Part shown: in pieces, positions 20,130 through 28,495 of the stretch
Position numbering within the stretch: the stretch's first letter is position 1
Layout of the letters: the number at the start of each line of letters is the position of its first letter
The notes under the pieces: model-generated
The model's input: only the letters and a program-made list of their open reading frames with translations
Told to the model about the DNA's origin: nothing
Database searches by the model: none
Translations under genes and position numbers: made by a program
Source of the DNA: SAR202 cluster bacterium
Lineage (GTDB): Bacteria > Chloroflexota > Dehalococcoidia > Lucifugimonadales > GCA-2719675
Assembly: GCA_009392295.1 (NCBI GenBank)
Contig: VFGW01000020.1
Span: 4,616-68,615, forward strand
Reading direction: 5' to 3'
DNA: 64,000 nucleotides

Positions 20130-21359
20130 ATGCATCTTAGATTTCGTATTGGGAATACAAAAAATGGATATTTATGGCCGACTTTAGATTTTGGTTCTTC
20201 TCAGGTTGTACATGCCATAGACCAAGCATTTTTCCTTGGACAAACTGGTTTGAAGCTAGATGATACAGAGTTTGTTGGAAAAAATAACATTGAGTTACAA
20301 GTAGAAAATGCATTAGAAAATTTATCAATTTTATTAAATGAAATTGGAAGTACACCAAATGATATTTGTCTGATGCATATATATGCGATTAACTCTGAAT
20401 ATTTTGACATAATTTATCAAAAACTTAATTTAAAATTTCCTTACGTTCAACCCGCTACTACCAATCTTGTTGTTAGACTTGCTGAACCTTATATTGATTT
20501 TGAAATAGATATTTGGGTAATTTTCCCTGATGAAAAAAAAATTTCTAAGAAACAAAGTAATTTGATTGTGAATTCCGGGAGGTTTTTAGGAGATACTACG
20601 GGCTTTAAAACTTCAAATATTGTGAAATCAAATAATCATATATTTTTATCTGCTCAGTCGGGTATTTCATTAGATGGAAAGAATTTCATTGGGGAAAATA
20701 ATATTGAATTACAAGTAGAAAATGCTATGAATAATGTTGAAGAATTATTATCATCAGTTGGAAGTAGTTTTCGTGATGTTTGTAAGATAACTCCATATAT
20801 TAAGAATCTTAAATGCCGAGATTTAGTTTACCCATTGATATTTAAATTTATTAAAAATACTAAACCTGTATCAACTGGTGTGGTTGTTGACGATTTTCCT
20901 TTGCCACAAATGGATTTTTCTATAGATATTTTTGCACACTCTTCTACTGATTTTTTTGATCGTCACCAAAGAATATTCCCTTCAGAGCCCAATTATATGG
21001 ATAACCCTGAATATAAATTGAGTAAAATTGTTGTAGCTGGAAAGTTTATATTTTTACAGGGACAGACTGGATTAAAGCTAGATGGTACTGGTTTTGATGG
21101 ACTAGGAGATCCTGCTAGGCAAGCTGAAGTTGCAATGCAAAATGTTATAGAATTATTACATCAAGTTGGTTCAGATATCAATGATATTTGTAAAATAACA
21201 CCTATAGTTACTGATATAAATCATAGAAAACTTGTGTATCCTGTAATTGCTAAATATCTAAAAAATGTGAATCCTACATCAACTGGATTAGTTGTGAAAT
21301 CGTTAGCTAATCCTGTAATTGATTTTGAAATTGATGTTTTTGCTGTTAAATCTCATTAA
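20130..21359 (+). CDS. Triple-repeat YjgF/RidA-fold protein (three tandem endoribonuclease L-PSP-like domains)
   Basis: Three mutually alignable segments of about 135 aa, each with the RidA-family pattern (GQ.G...G......G....Q......N....L...G.....I.K...Y and a C-terminal DFEIDI strand). See findings. Confidence 0.7.
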   Translation: MHLRFRIGNTKNGYLWPTLDFGSSQVVHAIDQAFFLGQTGLKLDDTEFVGKNNIELQVENALENLSILLNEIGSTPNDICLMHIYAINSEYFDIIYQKLNLKFPYVQPATTNLVVRLAEPYIDFEIDIWVIFPDEKKISKKQSNLIVNSGRFLGDTTGFKTSNIVKSNNHIFLSAQSGISLDGKNFIGENNIELQVENAMNNVEELLSSVGSSFRDVCKITPYIKNLKCRDLVYPLIFKFIKNTKPVSTGVVVDDFPLPQMDFSIDIFAHSSTDFFDRHQRIFPSEPNYMDNPEYKLSKIVVAGKFIFLQGQTGLKLDGTGFDGLGDPARQAEVAMQNVIELLHQVGSDINDICKITPIVTDINHRKLVYPVIAKYLKNVNPTSTGLVVKSLANPVIDFEIDVFAVKSH

Positions 21360-21372
21360 TAGGAAGTGTTAA

Positions 21373-22242
21373 ATGCAAAATAATTTTGGTACTAAAAATC
21401 CGATATCAATTCCAGCAAAAGCTGGTGAGAAAATTATTCAAAAATATCATTTTGGATCAGAATCAGGTGTTGCTGATGCTGAAAATCTAGATTCTTTTAA
21501 GAATTTGAAAAATTTACTAACTAGTGCTCATGCTCCTCAGGACATAGATGGAATTAGATTAAATATTGCATCTGAATCAAAAAGATTCAGAGATTATTCA
21601 ATTTCTGTGATTAAGAAATTTATTGATTCACTTATGTTTTTTCCAAATATTAGAAAAATGAATATGCATTTCCCGCCTAAAAGATGGGTTAAAGCCACTC
21701 AACATGAAGGTAATATGGGCAAATATTCTATAATGATTGATTCAATATTTAATATAGGATCTTATGCAGATGATCATGATATTAAATTAGTACTTGAAAA
21801 TTTAAATTCTTATTGGTGGGATAATGAAATTCCTGATGATATACATTTTGATGATGTAGATTGGGGTTCAAAGAATGAAGCATTTGGAATGTCACCAGAA
21901 GAGTGGATTCAAATATGTGAGGATGTTAATCATGCTAATGTTAAGCTGTGTTTAGATTCTAGCCATGTTTGTACTTATGCTCATAGATTTTCTTCAGAGA
22001 AAAGAGAAGAAAGAGTAATGTCATTTTTGAGTAGACCTGAATTGATAGACCATGTTCATTGGAGTGATAATTATTTATATGATTTAAAAGGTAGAAGAGA
22101 TTCTCATTTGTTAGTTGGTGATGGTTCTTTACCTAGAAATTTACATCAAAAAATAAAAAATCTTGATGCTACAATACTTCTAGAGCATTATTATGATGAG
22201 TCTGGCCTGATTAAAGAATTAGATTTCATAGAAAAATTGTAG
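21373..22242 (+). CDS. Sugar phosphate isomerase/epimerase (xylose-isomerase-like TIM barrel)
   Basis: Motif series LVLENL, CLDSSHV, HVHWSDN, DSHLLVGDGSLP, LLEH as in the AP_endonuc_2 / xylose isomerase-like family. Confidence 0.55.
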   Translation: MQNNFGTKNPISIPAKAGEKIIQKYHFGSESGVADAENLDSFKNLKNLLTSAHAPQDIDGIRLNIASESKRFRDYSISVIKKFIDSLMFFPNIRKMNMHFPPKRWVKATQHEGNMGKYSIMIDSIFNIGSYADDHDIKLVLENLNSYWWDNEIPDDIHFDDVDWGSKNEAFGMSPEEWIQICEDVNHANVKLCLDSSHVCTYAHRFSSEKREERVMSFLSRPELIDHVHWSDNYLYDLKGRRDSHLLVGDGSLPRNLHQKIKNLDATILLEHYYDESGLIKELDFIEKL

Positions 22243-22255
22243 ATTAGGAGAAAAA

Positions 22256-23437
22256 TTGAATAATCCAACCTCTTTATGGACATATGCTTGGGATTTGGAG
22301 AGTGATGGTGTTGAAAATGTGTTGAAAAAATTGAGTGATTTGGGTGTTACTTCTATAAGTTTAGCAAGCTCTTACCACAGTGGATTTTTCATTCATTCTC
22401 ATAATAAAAATCATAAAATGTACTTTGCTGAGGATGGAGTTGTATACTTTCATCCGGAAATGAAATATTTTGAAGAAACATCTATTAAGCCCAAACCAGC
22501 GAAAATAACACAACACAATGATTGGTTTGAATTAATTAGCCAAAATCTTTCAAAATATGATTTAGAACTTTGGGCTTGGACTGTTTGTAATCATAATACC
22601 CGTTTAGGATTACTTAATCCTGAAGCTGTAATTACTAATGTTTTTGGAGACAAATATTTTCATATTCTATGCCCTAGTAATACTGATGTACGCTCTTATG
22701 TTATAGGTTTGGTTAAAAATTTGGTGTATGAATATTCTGTTTCATCTATCCAATTTGAATCTTTGGGTTTTCATGATCCCAGTGGTGATATTTTAGGATT
22801 GAATCACGGACACCATCATGAAAGATATGGAACTGTTTTAGGCAAAATAGAAACTATGTTAATGTCATTATGTTTTTGTTTTTCATGTCAAAAACAAGCT
22901 GAATTATCTGGTTTAGATTTTAATTTACTTAAAGAATCCATTTTAAACCATATGACTCTCTTTTTTAATTCTGCACCTATAGTTGATATATCACTGCCAG
23001 ATTCTGTAGAAGATTTGTTTTCTGAAATCCCTTTGTTAGTTGAATTTGAGAAAATCCGAAAAAATACTGTTGCTACATTGTGTGAACAAATCAGAAATCA
23101 ATTACCGAAAAATTCTTCAACCAAATTATTTATGTTAGAAAAATTTGACCCTGATGTATCAAAATTTGTAGATGCTTTTTATATTTCTGTGTATGGTAAG
23201 TCTTTTTCTGAAGCATATAATATTGTTGCTAATGAAAAAAAATCTATCCCTGAGAATTCCAGATTGTTTGCTGGCATTAGTTTAGGTTTTAATTCATTTT
23301 TCAATTCAAAAGAATTAATTGATGTAACTAATTCAGTCATTGATGCAGGGGCTTATGGTGTGAATTATTATAATTACTCCGAATCACCTAAGCGTGTTTT
23401 GGATTGGTTAAAACCTGCAATTGATTCAATTAAATAA
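22256..23437 (+). CDS. Hypothetical protein (possibly a barrel-type hydrolase/isomerase; family not recognised)
   Basis: 393-aa ORF with a TTG start after an AGGAGA SD. It contains a His cluster LNHGHHHERYG. It is co-directional and tightly spaced with its neighbours. Confidence 0.4.
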   Translation: MNNPTSLWTYAWDLESDGVENVLKKLSDLGVTSISLASSYHSGFFIHSHNKNHKMYFAEDGVVYFHPEMKYFEETSIKPKPAKITQHNDWFELISQNLSKYDLELWAWTVCNHNTRLGLLNPEAVITNVFGDKYFHILCPSNTDVRSYVIGLVKNLVYEYSVSSIQFESLGFHDPSGDILGLNHGHHHERYGTVLGKIETMLMSLCFCFSCQKQAELSGLDFNLLKESILNHMTLFFNSAPIVDISLPDSVEDLFSEIPLLVEFEKIRKNTVATLCEQIRNQLPKNSSTKLFMLEKFDPDVSKFVDAFYISVYGKSFSEAYNIVANEKKSIPENSRLFAGISLGFNSFFNSKELIDVTNSVIDAGAYGVNYYNYSESPKRVLDWLKPAIDSIK

Positions 23438-23460
23438 TAGTTGGAGTACTAAAGAGATTC

Positions 23461-24507
23461 TTGTATAAAAATTTTGATTTAGAAAACATTAAATTCTCAG
23501 TTGATTTAGGAGCAAAATTTCTAATTGCGAAACAACAGTTAAATGGGAGTTATCCTGGTCATGATCAAGGGGCAGCTTCTTTTTGGGGAATCCCTTTGGC
23601 ATTAATGCTTTCTGGATATCATTTTGAGGCACAAAAACTTTTAGATTGGATTCAAAAAAATGCACTTTCTTTAAATGGAGACATCGGAGAAATCTCAAAA
23701 AATTCTAGAGGTTACAATTATCCGTATGAAAAAGCATGGTTAATTGAAGGAGCTCATAGATTTGGTGAGTTTAATATTTCTTATTCTGGAATGAATTATT
23801 TAAGGAGGTTTTGGGATCAAGAAACTGGAGGTTTTTATTCCGTTATTGATCCTGATTTAATTAAACTCGAATCGAATTTAAAAATGGATCTATGGGTTAC
23901 TAGTGGATGTGCTAGAGCTGCTTTGTATATGGGTGAATTGGATATGGCCATAGGGGCTGCAAGATGGATGGAAAATTTAATGAAACAACAACCTAATTAT
24001 CCTGAACAATTATATACTGTTTTCACAAAATCTAAAGGCTTATTAATTAATAAAAATGATTTTACCGATGACATTGAAGATAAATTTAAATTTGGTACAA
24101 ATTTTAGGTATGTATTAAATAAAGATTCTCAAGTAGATCAAAGTTTTTTTCATCCAGGAATTGCTGGAGGATTTTTGGCGTTGTTATATTTGGCAACTAG
24201 AGATATTAGATGGTTGACGTTATCAAAAAAATATATGTTATTAGCAGAAACAGCAAGTGATTTTTTATATTCTACTCTTAGAGCAGGAAAAACTGGTTGG
24301 GCAGCGGCTTTATTATTTTCAATTTCTAAGGAGGAGAAATATTTTAAAATTGCATATAAAATAGCTGACAATATAATCAAATTACAATCTGGAAATGGTA
24401 GTTGGATTGATCCAAATAAAATTTCTGATATGCATTCAATAAATTTGACTGCAGAGATGGTAATTTGGTTAAACCAAATTCATAGATATATAAAGCCTAG
24501 ATACTGA
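23461..24507 (+). CDS. Hypothetical protein with alpha/alpha-toroid-like repeats (prenyltransferase / AGE / glycoside-hydrolase-like fold suspected)
   Basis: Repeated helical hairpin pattern with motifs such as AKQQLNGSYPG and KLQSGNGSW, typical of toroid repeats. No specific family assigned. Confidence 0.4.
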   Translation: MYKNFDLENIKFSVDLGAKFLIAKQQLNGSYPGHDQGAASFWGIPLALMLSGYHFEAQKLLDWIQKNALSLNGDIGEISKNSRGYNYPYEKAWLIEGAHRFGEFNISYSGMNYLRRFWDQETGGFYSVIDPDLIKLESNLKMDLWVTSGCARAALYMGELDMAIGAARWMENLMKQQPNYPEQLYTVFTKSKGLLINKNDFTDDIEDKFKFGTNFRYVLNKDSQVDQSFFHPGIAGGFLALLYLATRDIRWLTLSKKYMLLAETASDFLYSTLRAGKTGWAAALLFSISKEEKYFKIAYKIADNIIKLQSGNGSWIDPNKISDMHSINLTAEMVIWLNQIHRYIKPRY

Positions 24508-24549
24508 ATAATAAAACTTTTTTGATTTTTAATAGGTCTAATAAATTTA

Positions 24550-24558
24550 TGCTATACT
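24550..24558 (+). promoter_or_regulatory. Extended -10 promoter candidate for the tRNA-Gln/tRNA-Glu pair
   Basis: TGcTATACT ends 8 nt before the first tRNA nucleotide. The form is the same as TGcTATCAT at 27310-27318. Confidence 0.4.
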
Positions 24559-24566
24559 GAGTATGA

Positions 24567-24640
24567 TGGGGATTAGTATAGTGGTAATACGTCAGATTCT
24601 GGTTCTGAAATCCGGGGTTCAAATCCTCGATCCCCAGCCA
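24567..24640 (+). tRNA. tRNA-Gln (anticodon CUG)
   Basis: Hand fold: acceptor UGGGGAU/AUCCCCA followed by G-CCA, D-arm GUAU..AUAC, anticodon stem UCAGA/UCUGA with loop UUCUGGU, and T-arm CGGGG-UUCAAAU-CCUCG. 74 nt with encoded CCA. Confidence 0.85.
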
Positions 24641-24643
24641 CGT

Positions 24644-24720
24644 GGCGCGTTCGTCTAGCGGCCAAGGACACGGCCCTCTCAAGGCCGAGATCACGGGTTC
24701 GAATCCCGTACGCGCTACCA
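24644..24720 (+). tRNA. tRNA-Glu (anticodon CUC)
   Basis: Hand fold: acceptor GGCGCGU/ACGCGCU followed by A-CCA, D-arm GUCU..GGAC, anticodon stem CGGCC/GGCCG with loop CUCUCAA, and T-arm ACGGG-UUCGAAU-CCCGU. It starts 3 nt after tRNA-Gln. Confidence 0.85.
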
Positions 24721-24727
24721 CCAAGTT

Positions 24728-26098
24728 TTAGTTTACAATTCTTCGGAAGGGTTCTTTTTTAGTGTCTGCAAGTAAGTATTTGTCAATATCACCTTCTAAT
24801 GCTTTCATTATTACTTCAAATGATTCAGCAGCAGCTAATCCGGTGATTTCTATATCTTTTTCTGTATGTTCAAGGGTTGCATTTAATGAAGTTGGAGTAA
24901 ATATACCTCTCTTTGACATTTCTTGAATAAATAAAGTGTTTACACTTTGTGCAAGATCTTTATTGTCAATTAAAAATTCTAATGTTGGGTATGTATATAT
25001 TCCTTCAAATTTTGCTGCAATTCCAACTTGCTTAATCGCTTGATTAATTGTTTTAATTAAACTTTCTCCAATTTGTTGGAATTTTTCTTTTGAGTTTTTT
25101 GAAATCAATTCATTTATAGTAGTAATTGAGGCAATAAGTCCAATGTTATCACTCCAGTAGGAACTAGATATAAACATATTATTAGCTGGTTCCATTGCAT
25201 CAATAGAGCCTACAACAGCTCCCATAGGATATCCATTTGAAATCCCTTTAGCTAGTACAGTCATATCTGGAGTTACACCTATATATTCTTGAACACCACC
25301 TACTGAAATTCGCCAGCCGCAAGAAACTTCATCAAAAACTAAGATACATCCGTGTTGACGAGCTAAATTTTTAAGTTGTATTAAATAATCTTTATCTGGT
25401 TCCTGCGACATCATAGGTTCAACAAATATTGCAGCAATTTCATTTTTATGTTGATTGAGCAGATTTTTTACCATAGAAATATCTTCATGTGCAAACGGAA
25501 TTGCGGAACCTTTTAGAGATTTAGGTACCCCAATAGGTTCAACACCTGTGACTGGGTATCCACCAGTGACAGGGTCTGCTAAGAAATTTGCAGCTTGGTA
25601 CCAATCATGCCATCCATGATAACCACTGAATAAAATTTTATCTTTTCCGGTTGTACCTCTGGCAATTCTGGCAGCTAGTGCACAAGCTTCCCCTCCACCT
25701 TTTGTATATCTGACCATTTCTGCACTAGGAATATTTTCTATTAAAATTTCGGCTAACTTTACTTCTAGATCACTATTTATAGTAAATAAACTTCCTTGAT
25801 CAATTTGATCTTTTACAGCATTGTTGACTATGGGGTTAGAATGGCCGAGAATTATTGCGCCATATGCATTTTTCCAATCTAAATATGTATTTCCATCAAT
25901 ATCAATAAATTTAGAGCCACTGGAACTTTGTGCATATACTGGACTAACTCCAGATGCATATGAGCTTGCTCTTCTGCTAGCTAGTTGTGTTTTTCCAGGA
26001 ATTATTTGAGATGCCCTAGAATATGTTTTCATAGATTTTTTAACTTTTGGGTCGATGTACATATTTTTCTCTTTCAATGATTGAATTAGGTATTCCAT
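24728..26098 (-). CDS. Class III (omega) aminotransferase, glutamate-1-semialdehyde aminomutase-like
   Basis: GHSNP, SGYHGWHDW, FDEVSCGWR and LAKGISNGYPMGA (PLP lysine). Confidence 0.85.
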   Translation of the reverse strand: MEYLIQSLKEKNMYIDPKVKKSMKTYSRASQIIPGKTQLASRRASSYASGVSPVYAQSSSGSKFIDIDGNTYLDWKNAYGAIILGHSNPIVNNAVKDQIDQGSLFTINSDLEVKLAEILIENIPSAEMVRYTKGGGEACALAARIARGTTGKDKILFSGYHGWHDWYQAANFLADPVTGGYPVTGVEPIGVPKSLKGSAIPFAHEDISMVKNLLNQHKNEIAAIFVEPMMSQEPDKDYLIQLKNLARQHGCILVFDEVSCGWRISVGGVQEYIGVTPDMTVLAKGISNGYPMGAVVGSIDAMEPANNMFISSSYWSDNIGLIASITTINELISKNSKEKFQQIGESLIKTINQAIKQVGIAAKFEGIYTYPTLEFLIDNKDLAQSVNTLFIQEMSKRGIFTPTSLNATLEHTEKDIEITGLAAAESFEVIMKALEGDIDKYLLADTKKEPFRRIVN

Positions 26099-27120
26099 TT
26101 AAATATAACACCAAGCATATTTTTGTTTCTTTCGAATGCCATGTCATATGCTTGAGATATGTCAGTATAATCTAATCTATGAGTAATTAATTTTTTTGGT
26201 TCTAAATTACCATCTGACATTAGCGCTAAAACGTAGTCACATAAATTATTCCAAGAGAATCTATCGCCTCTATTATTATGTCGTTCTGTGCTCCCGTGTG
26301 GATATAAATATGCGGATTCCCCATTTACAGCTACTAAATGTATACCTTTTCCATAAAATGTTTCTAATGCTAAAGGATTAAAATCAAGTTCTTTTTCACC
26401 TCTACCCAATAAACTTACAATTGAAACTCTACCTCCAGGTCTAACAATATCTACAGAAGTTTTATATGCTGGCCAAGGATTGGCAGTTAATATTACAAGA
26501 TCAATCCCTTGTCCATTACTGTATTCTTCTAATTTTTGATTCAGGTCTTCATCATTAGATAAAAATCCAGCATGAGCACCCATTTTTTTTGCCATTTCAA
26601 GTCTTATTTCACTATTTGCTATGGCAATTGTTCTAGCTCCAAAAAGAGGGCCAAGCGCAATTGCTCCTAAACCTAAAACTCCTACCCCTATAACTGCAAC
26701 ATTTTCACCAGGAGTAAAGTTTGCTTTTCTATAACATTGTGCACTTAAAGTGTATAAGTGACAGAACACAGCATCTTCAGAATCTACGTTTTCTGGTACT
26801 TTAACGATAGAAGCATTTTGGTTGTAAATATATTCACTTTGGTGTTCAGCGCGAGTAACAACTCTATCACCAATTTTAAAATTTTTTACATTAGAACCAA
26901 TTTTTTCTATTGTGCCTAAATTGCTATCTCCTACTCCTCTTGGGTAAGGATCCGCACCAGGAACAATGTCAGCACCTTCATAATTTCCTCGATCAGTACC
27001 GATTTTAAATGCTGAAATTTCAGTTTTTATATACAAATCATCTGGCCCGAGATTTAAATTTGGAGATTCAAGTGTTTTAATTTTTAAATCTCTTGGTCCT
27101 TTTAGGATAGCTTTTTTCAT
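26086..27120 (-). CDS. Medium-chain (zinc-type) dehydrogenase/reductase family protein
   Basis: GroES-like N-domain plus a Rossmann motif VAVIGVGVLGLGAI. It overlaps the downstream aminotransferase gene by 13 nt. Confidence 0.7.
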   Translation of the reverse strand: MKKAILKGPRDLKIKTLESPNLNLGPDDLYIKTEISAFKIGTDRGNYEGADIVPGADPYPRGVGDSNLGTIEKIGSNVKNFKIGDRVVTRAEHQSEYIYNQNASIVKVPENVDSEDAVFCHLYTLSAQCYRKANFTPGENVAVIGVGVLGLGAIALGPLFGARTIAIANSEIRLEMAKKMGAHAGFLSNDEDLNQKLEEYSNGQGIDLVILTANPWPAYKTSVDIVRPGGRVSIVSLLGRGEKELDFNPLALETFYGKGIHLVAVNGESAYLYPHGSTERHNNRGDRFSWNNLCDYVLALMSDGNLEPKKLITHRLDYTDISQAYDMAFERNKNMLGVIFKWNT

Positions 27121-27288
27121 ATTAATTTCCTCATAAGATTTCTTTGTTCTATTTTGTTAAATATCATACTTTACCAAATAAATCTGAACAAATAATTCAT
27201 ATATTAGTTTATCATCTCATTTTGGGATATCTATAATTGCTAAGATATTTAATTGTTTTTAATAGTATTAGTAGCTCTAAAGCAATAA

Positions 27289-27307
27289 ATTGAGAACCAT
27301 TCCCAAT
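27289..27307. promoter_or_regulatory. Imperfect Fur-family-like box (ATTGAGAAC-C-ATTCCCAAT) over the -35 region
   Basis: 16 of 18 non-central positions are identical to the perfect palindrome 37 bp downstream. Confidence 0.4.
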
Positions 27308-27318
27308 TGTGCTATCAT
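27290..27318 (+). promoter_or_regulatory. Promoter candidate for the flavoprotein gene
   Basis: TTGAGA (27290-27295), a 17-nt spacer, then TATCAT (27313-27318) preceded by TG (extended -10, TGcTATCAT). Confidence 0.45.
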
Positions 27319-27324
27319 CGTATT

Positions 27325-27345
27325 TATTGAGAATGATTCTCAATA
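27325..27345. promoter_or_regulatory. Perfect 10-1-10 palindrome TATTGAGAAT-G-ATTCTCAATA, a Fur/Zur/PerR-type operator candidate
   Basis: I verified by hand that the 21-mer equals its reverse complement except at the centre base. The core TGAGAATnATTCTCA has the 7-1-7 form of Fur-family boxes (TGATAATnATTATCA). It lies just downstream of the -10 and 26 nt upstream of ATG 27371. Confidence 0.5.
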
Positions 27346-27370
27346 GTGTTGTATTTTTATTGGAGATAAT

Positions 27371-28495
27371 ATGAAAAATTATGATGTTGTAATTGTAGGT
27401 GCTGGTGCTTCTGGTATTGGGATAGCTTCTATGCTTAAAGATTTTGGTGTAAAAAAAATGGTAGTCCTTGAAAGGTATAAAGTTGGTGCAACTTTCGAAA
27501 AATGGCCTAAAGAAATGCGATTCATAACTCCTTCATTTACAACTAATTTTTGGGGCCATATGGATCTTAATTCTGTTGTTTCAGGTACCTCTCCTGCTTA
27601 TTCTCTTGATACTGAACATCCTACTGGTAAAGAATATGCCAAATATTTAAGGCTAATATCACGACATTTAGAATTGCCTATAAATGAAAATGCTGATGTA
27701 GAAAATGTAGAATATTCTGAAAATCGTTTTATTGTTCATATAAAGGGGCATAAGATAATCAAAAGTCGTTTTTTGATTTGGGCGGCTGGAGAATTTCAAT
27801 ATCCAAATTCAAATTTATTTTCATCATCTCCATTATTGTTACATACTAGCCAAATAGAAAGTTGGGAACAAATTCAAGGGGATCAAATTTATATCATAGG
27901 TGGTGGTGAGAGTGGTATTGATGCTGCAATTAATTTAAGTAGATTAGGTAAAAAAGTAGTTCTGTTAGAAGGAAATAAAGATTGGAATTCTATAAGAACA
28001 ACTGATCCAAGTGTTAATCTATCTCCTTATACCATTGATAGATTAAACGAAGAAATGCTGAATGAAAGAATTACTTTTTTCGATAAATCCCAAGTTAAAG
28101 ATATCAAGTTAGAAGATGATAAATATCGTATTTATGTAAGAGGTAAAAAGTCATATCAATACCAAAGTGCTACACCCCCCATTATCGCAACAGGATTCAA
28201 AAGTAGTTTGATGATGGTTAAAGATTTTTTTGATTGGGATAAAACAAATTCTTACGTATTATTAAATGAACATGATGAATCAATTAAAACTCCTGGTTTA
28301 TTTCTTGTTGGTCCTCAAGTTCGTCATGAAAATCATATATTATGTTTTATTTATAAGTTTAGGCAGAGATTTGGTGTTGTATGCAATGCGATTGGAAATG
28401 AGTTAGAAATGGATATTTCATGCCTGAAACAATATCGAAAAGAAGGTCTTTATTTAGATGATCTAGGAGATTGTGGGCAGGAGTGTCCATGCTGA
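27371..28495 (+). CDS. FAD/NAD(P)-binding oxidoreductase (pyridine nucleotide-disulfide / flavin monooxygenase-like) with a Cys-rich C-terminus
   Basis: N-terminal dinucleotide fold YDVVIVGAGASGIG, a second GG motif IYIIGGGESGIDAA, and a C-terminal DLGDCGQECPC followed by TGA. Confidence 0.7.
   Translation: MKNYDVVIVGAGASGIGIASMLKDFGVKKMVVLERYKVGATFEKWPKEMRFITPSFTTNFWGHMDLNSVVSGTSPAYSLDTEHPTGKEYAKYLRLISRHLELPINENADVENVEYSENRFIVHIKGHKIIKSRFLIWAAGEFQYPNSNLFSSSPLLLHTSQIESWEQIQGDQIYIIGGGESGIDAAINLSRLGKKVVLLEGNKDWNSIRTTDPSVNLSPYTIDRLNEEMLNERITFFDKSQVKDIKLEDDKYRIYVRGKKSYQYQSATPPIIATGFKSSLMMVKDFFDWDKTNSYVLLNEHDESIKTPGLFLVGPQVRHENHILCFIYKFRQRFGVVCNAIGNELEMDISCLKQYRKEGLYLDDLGDCGQECPC

Noticed and set aside
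24497-24724. 75-aa minus-strand ORF (MVVARTGFEPVISALRGP...)
   Set aside because: It is the reverse-strand shadow of the GC-rich tRNA-Gln and tRNA-Glu genes. The peptide is the typical artefact of translating tRNA T-arms (GFEP).
24508-24727. tRNA-Gln/tRNA-Glu locus as an integration hotspot bounding a genomic island
   Set aside because: There is no integrase, no direct repeat of a tRNA 3' end that I could find, and no compositional shift. The flanking genes are ordinary metabolic genes on both sides.
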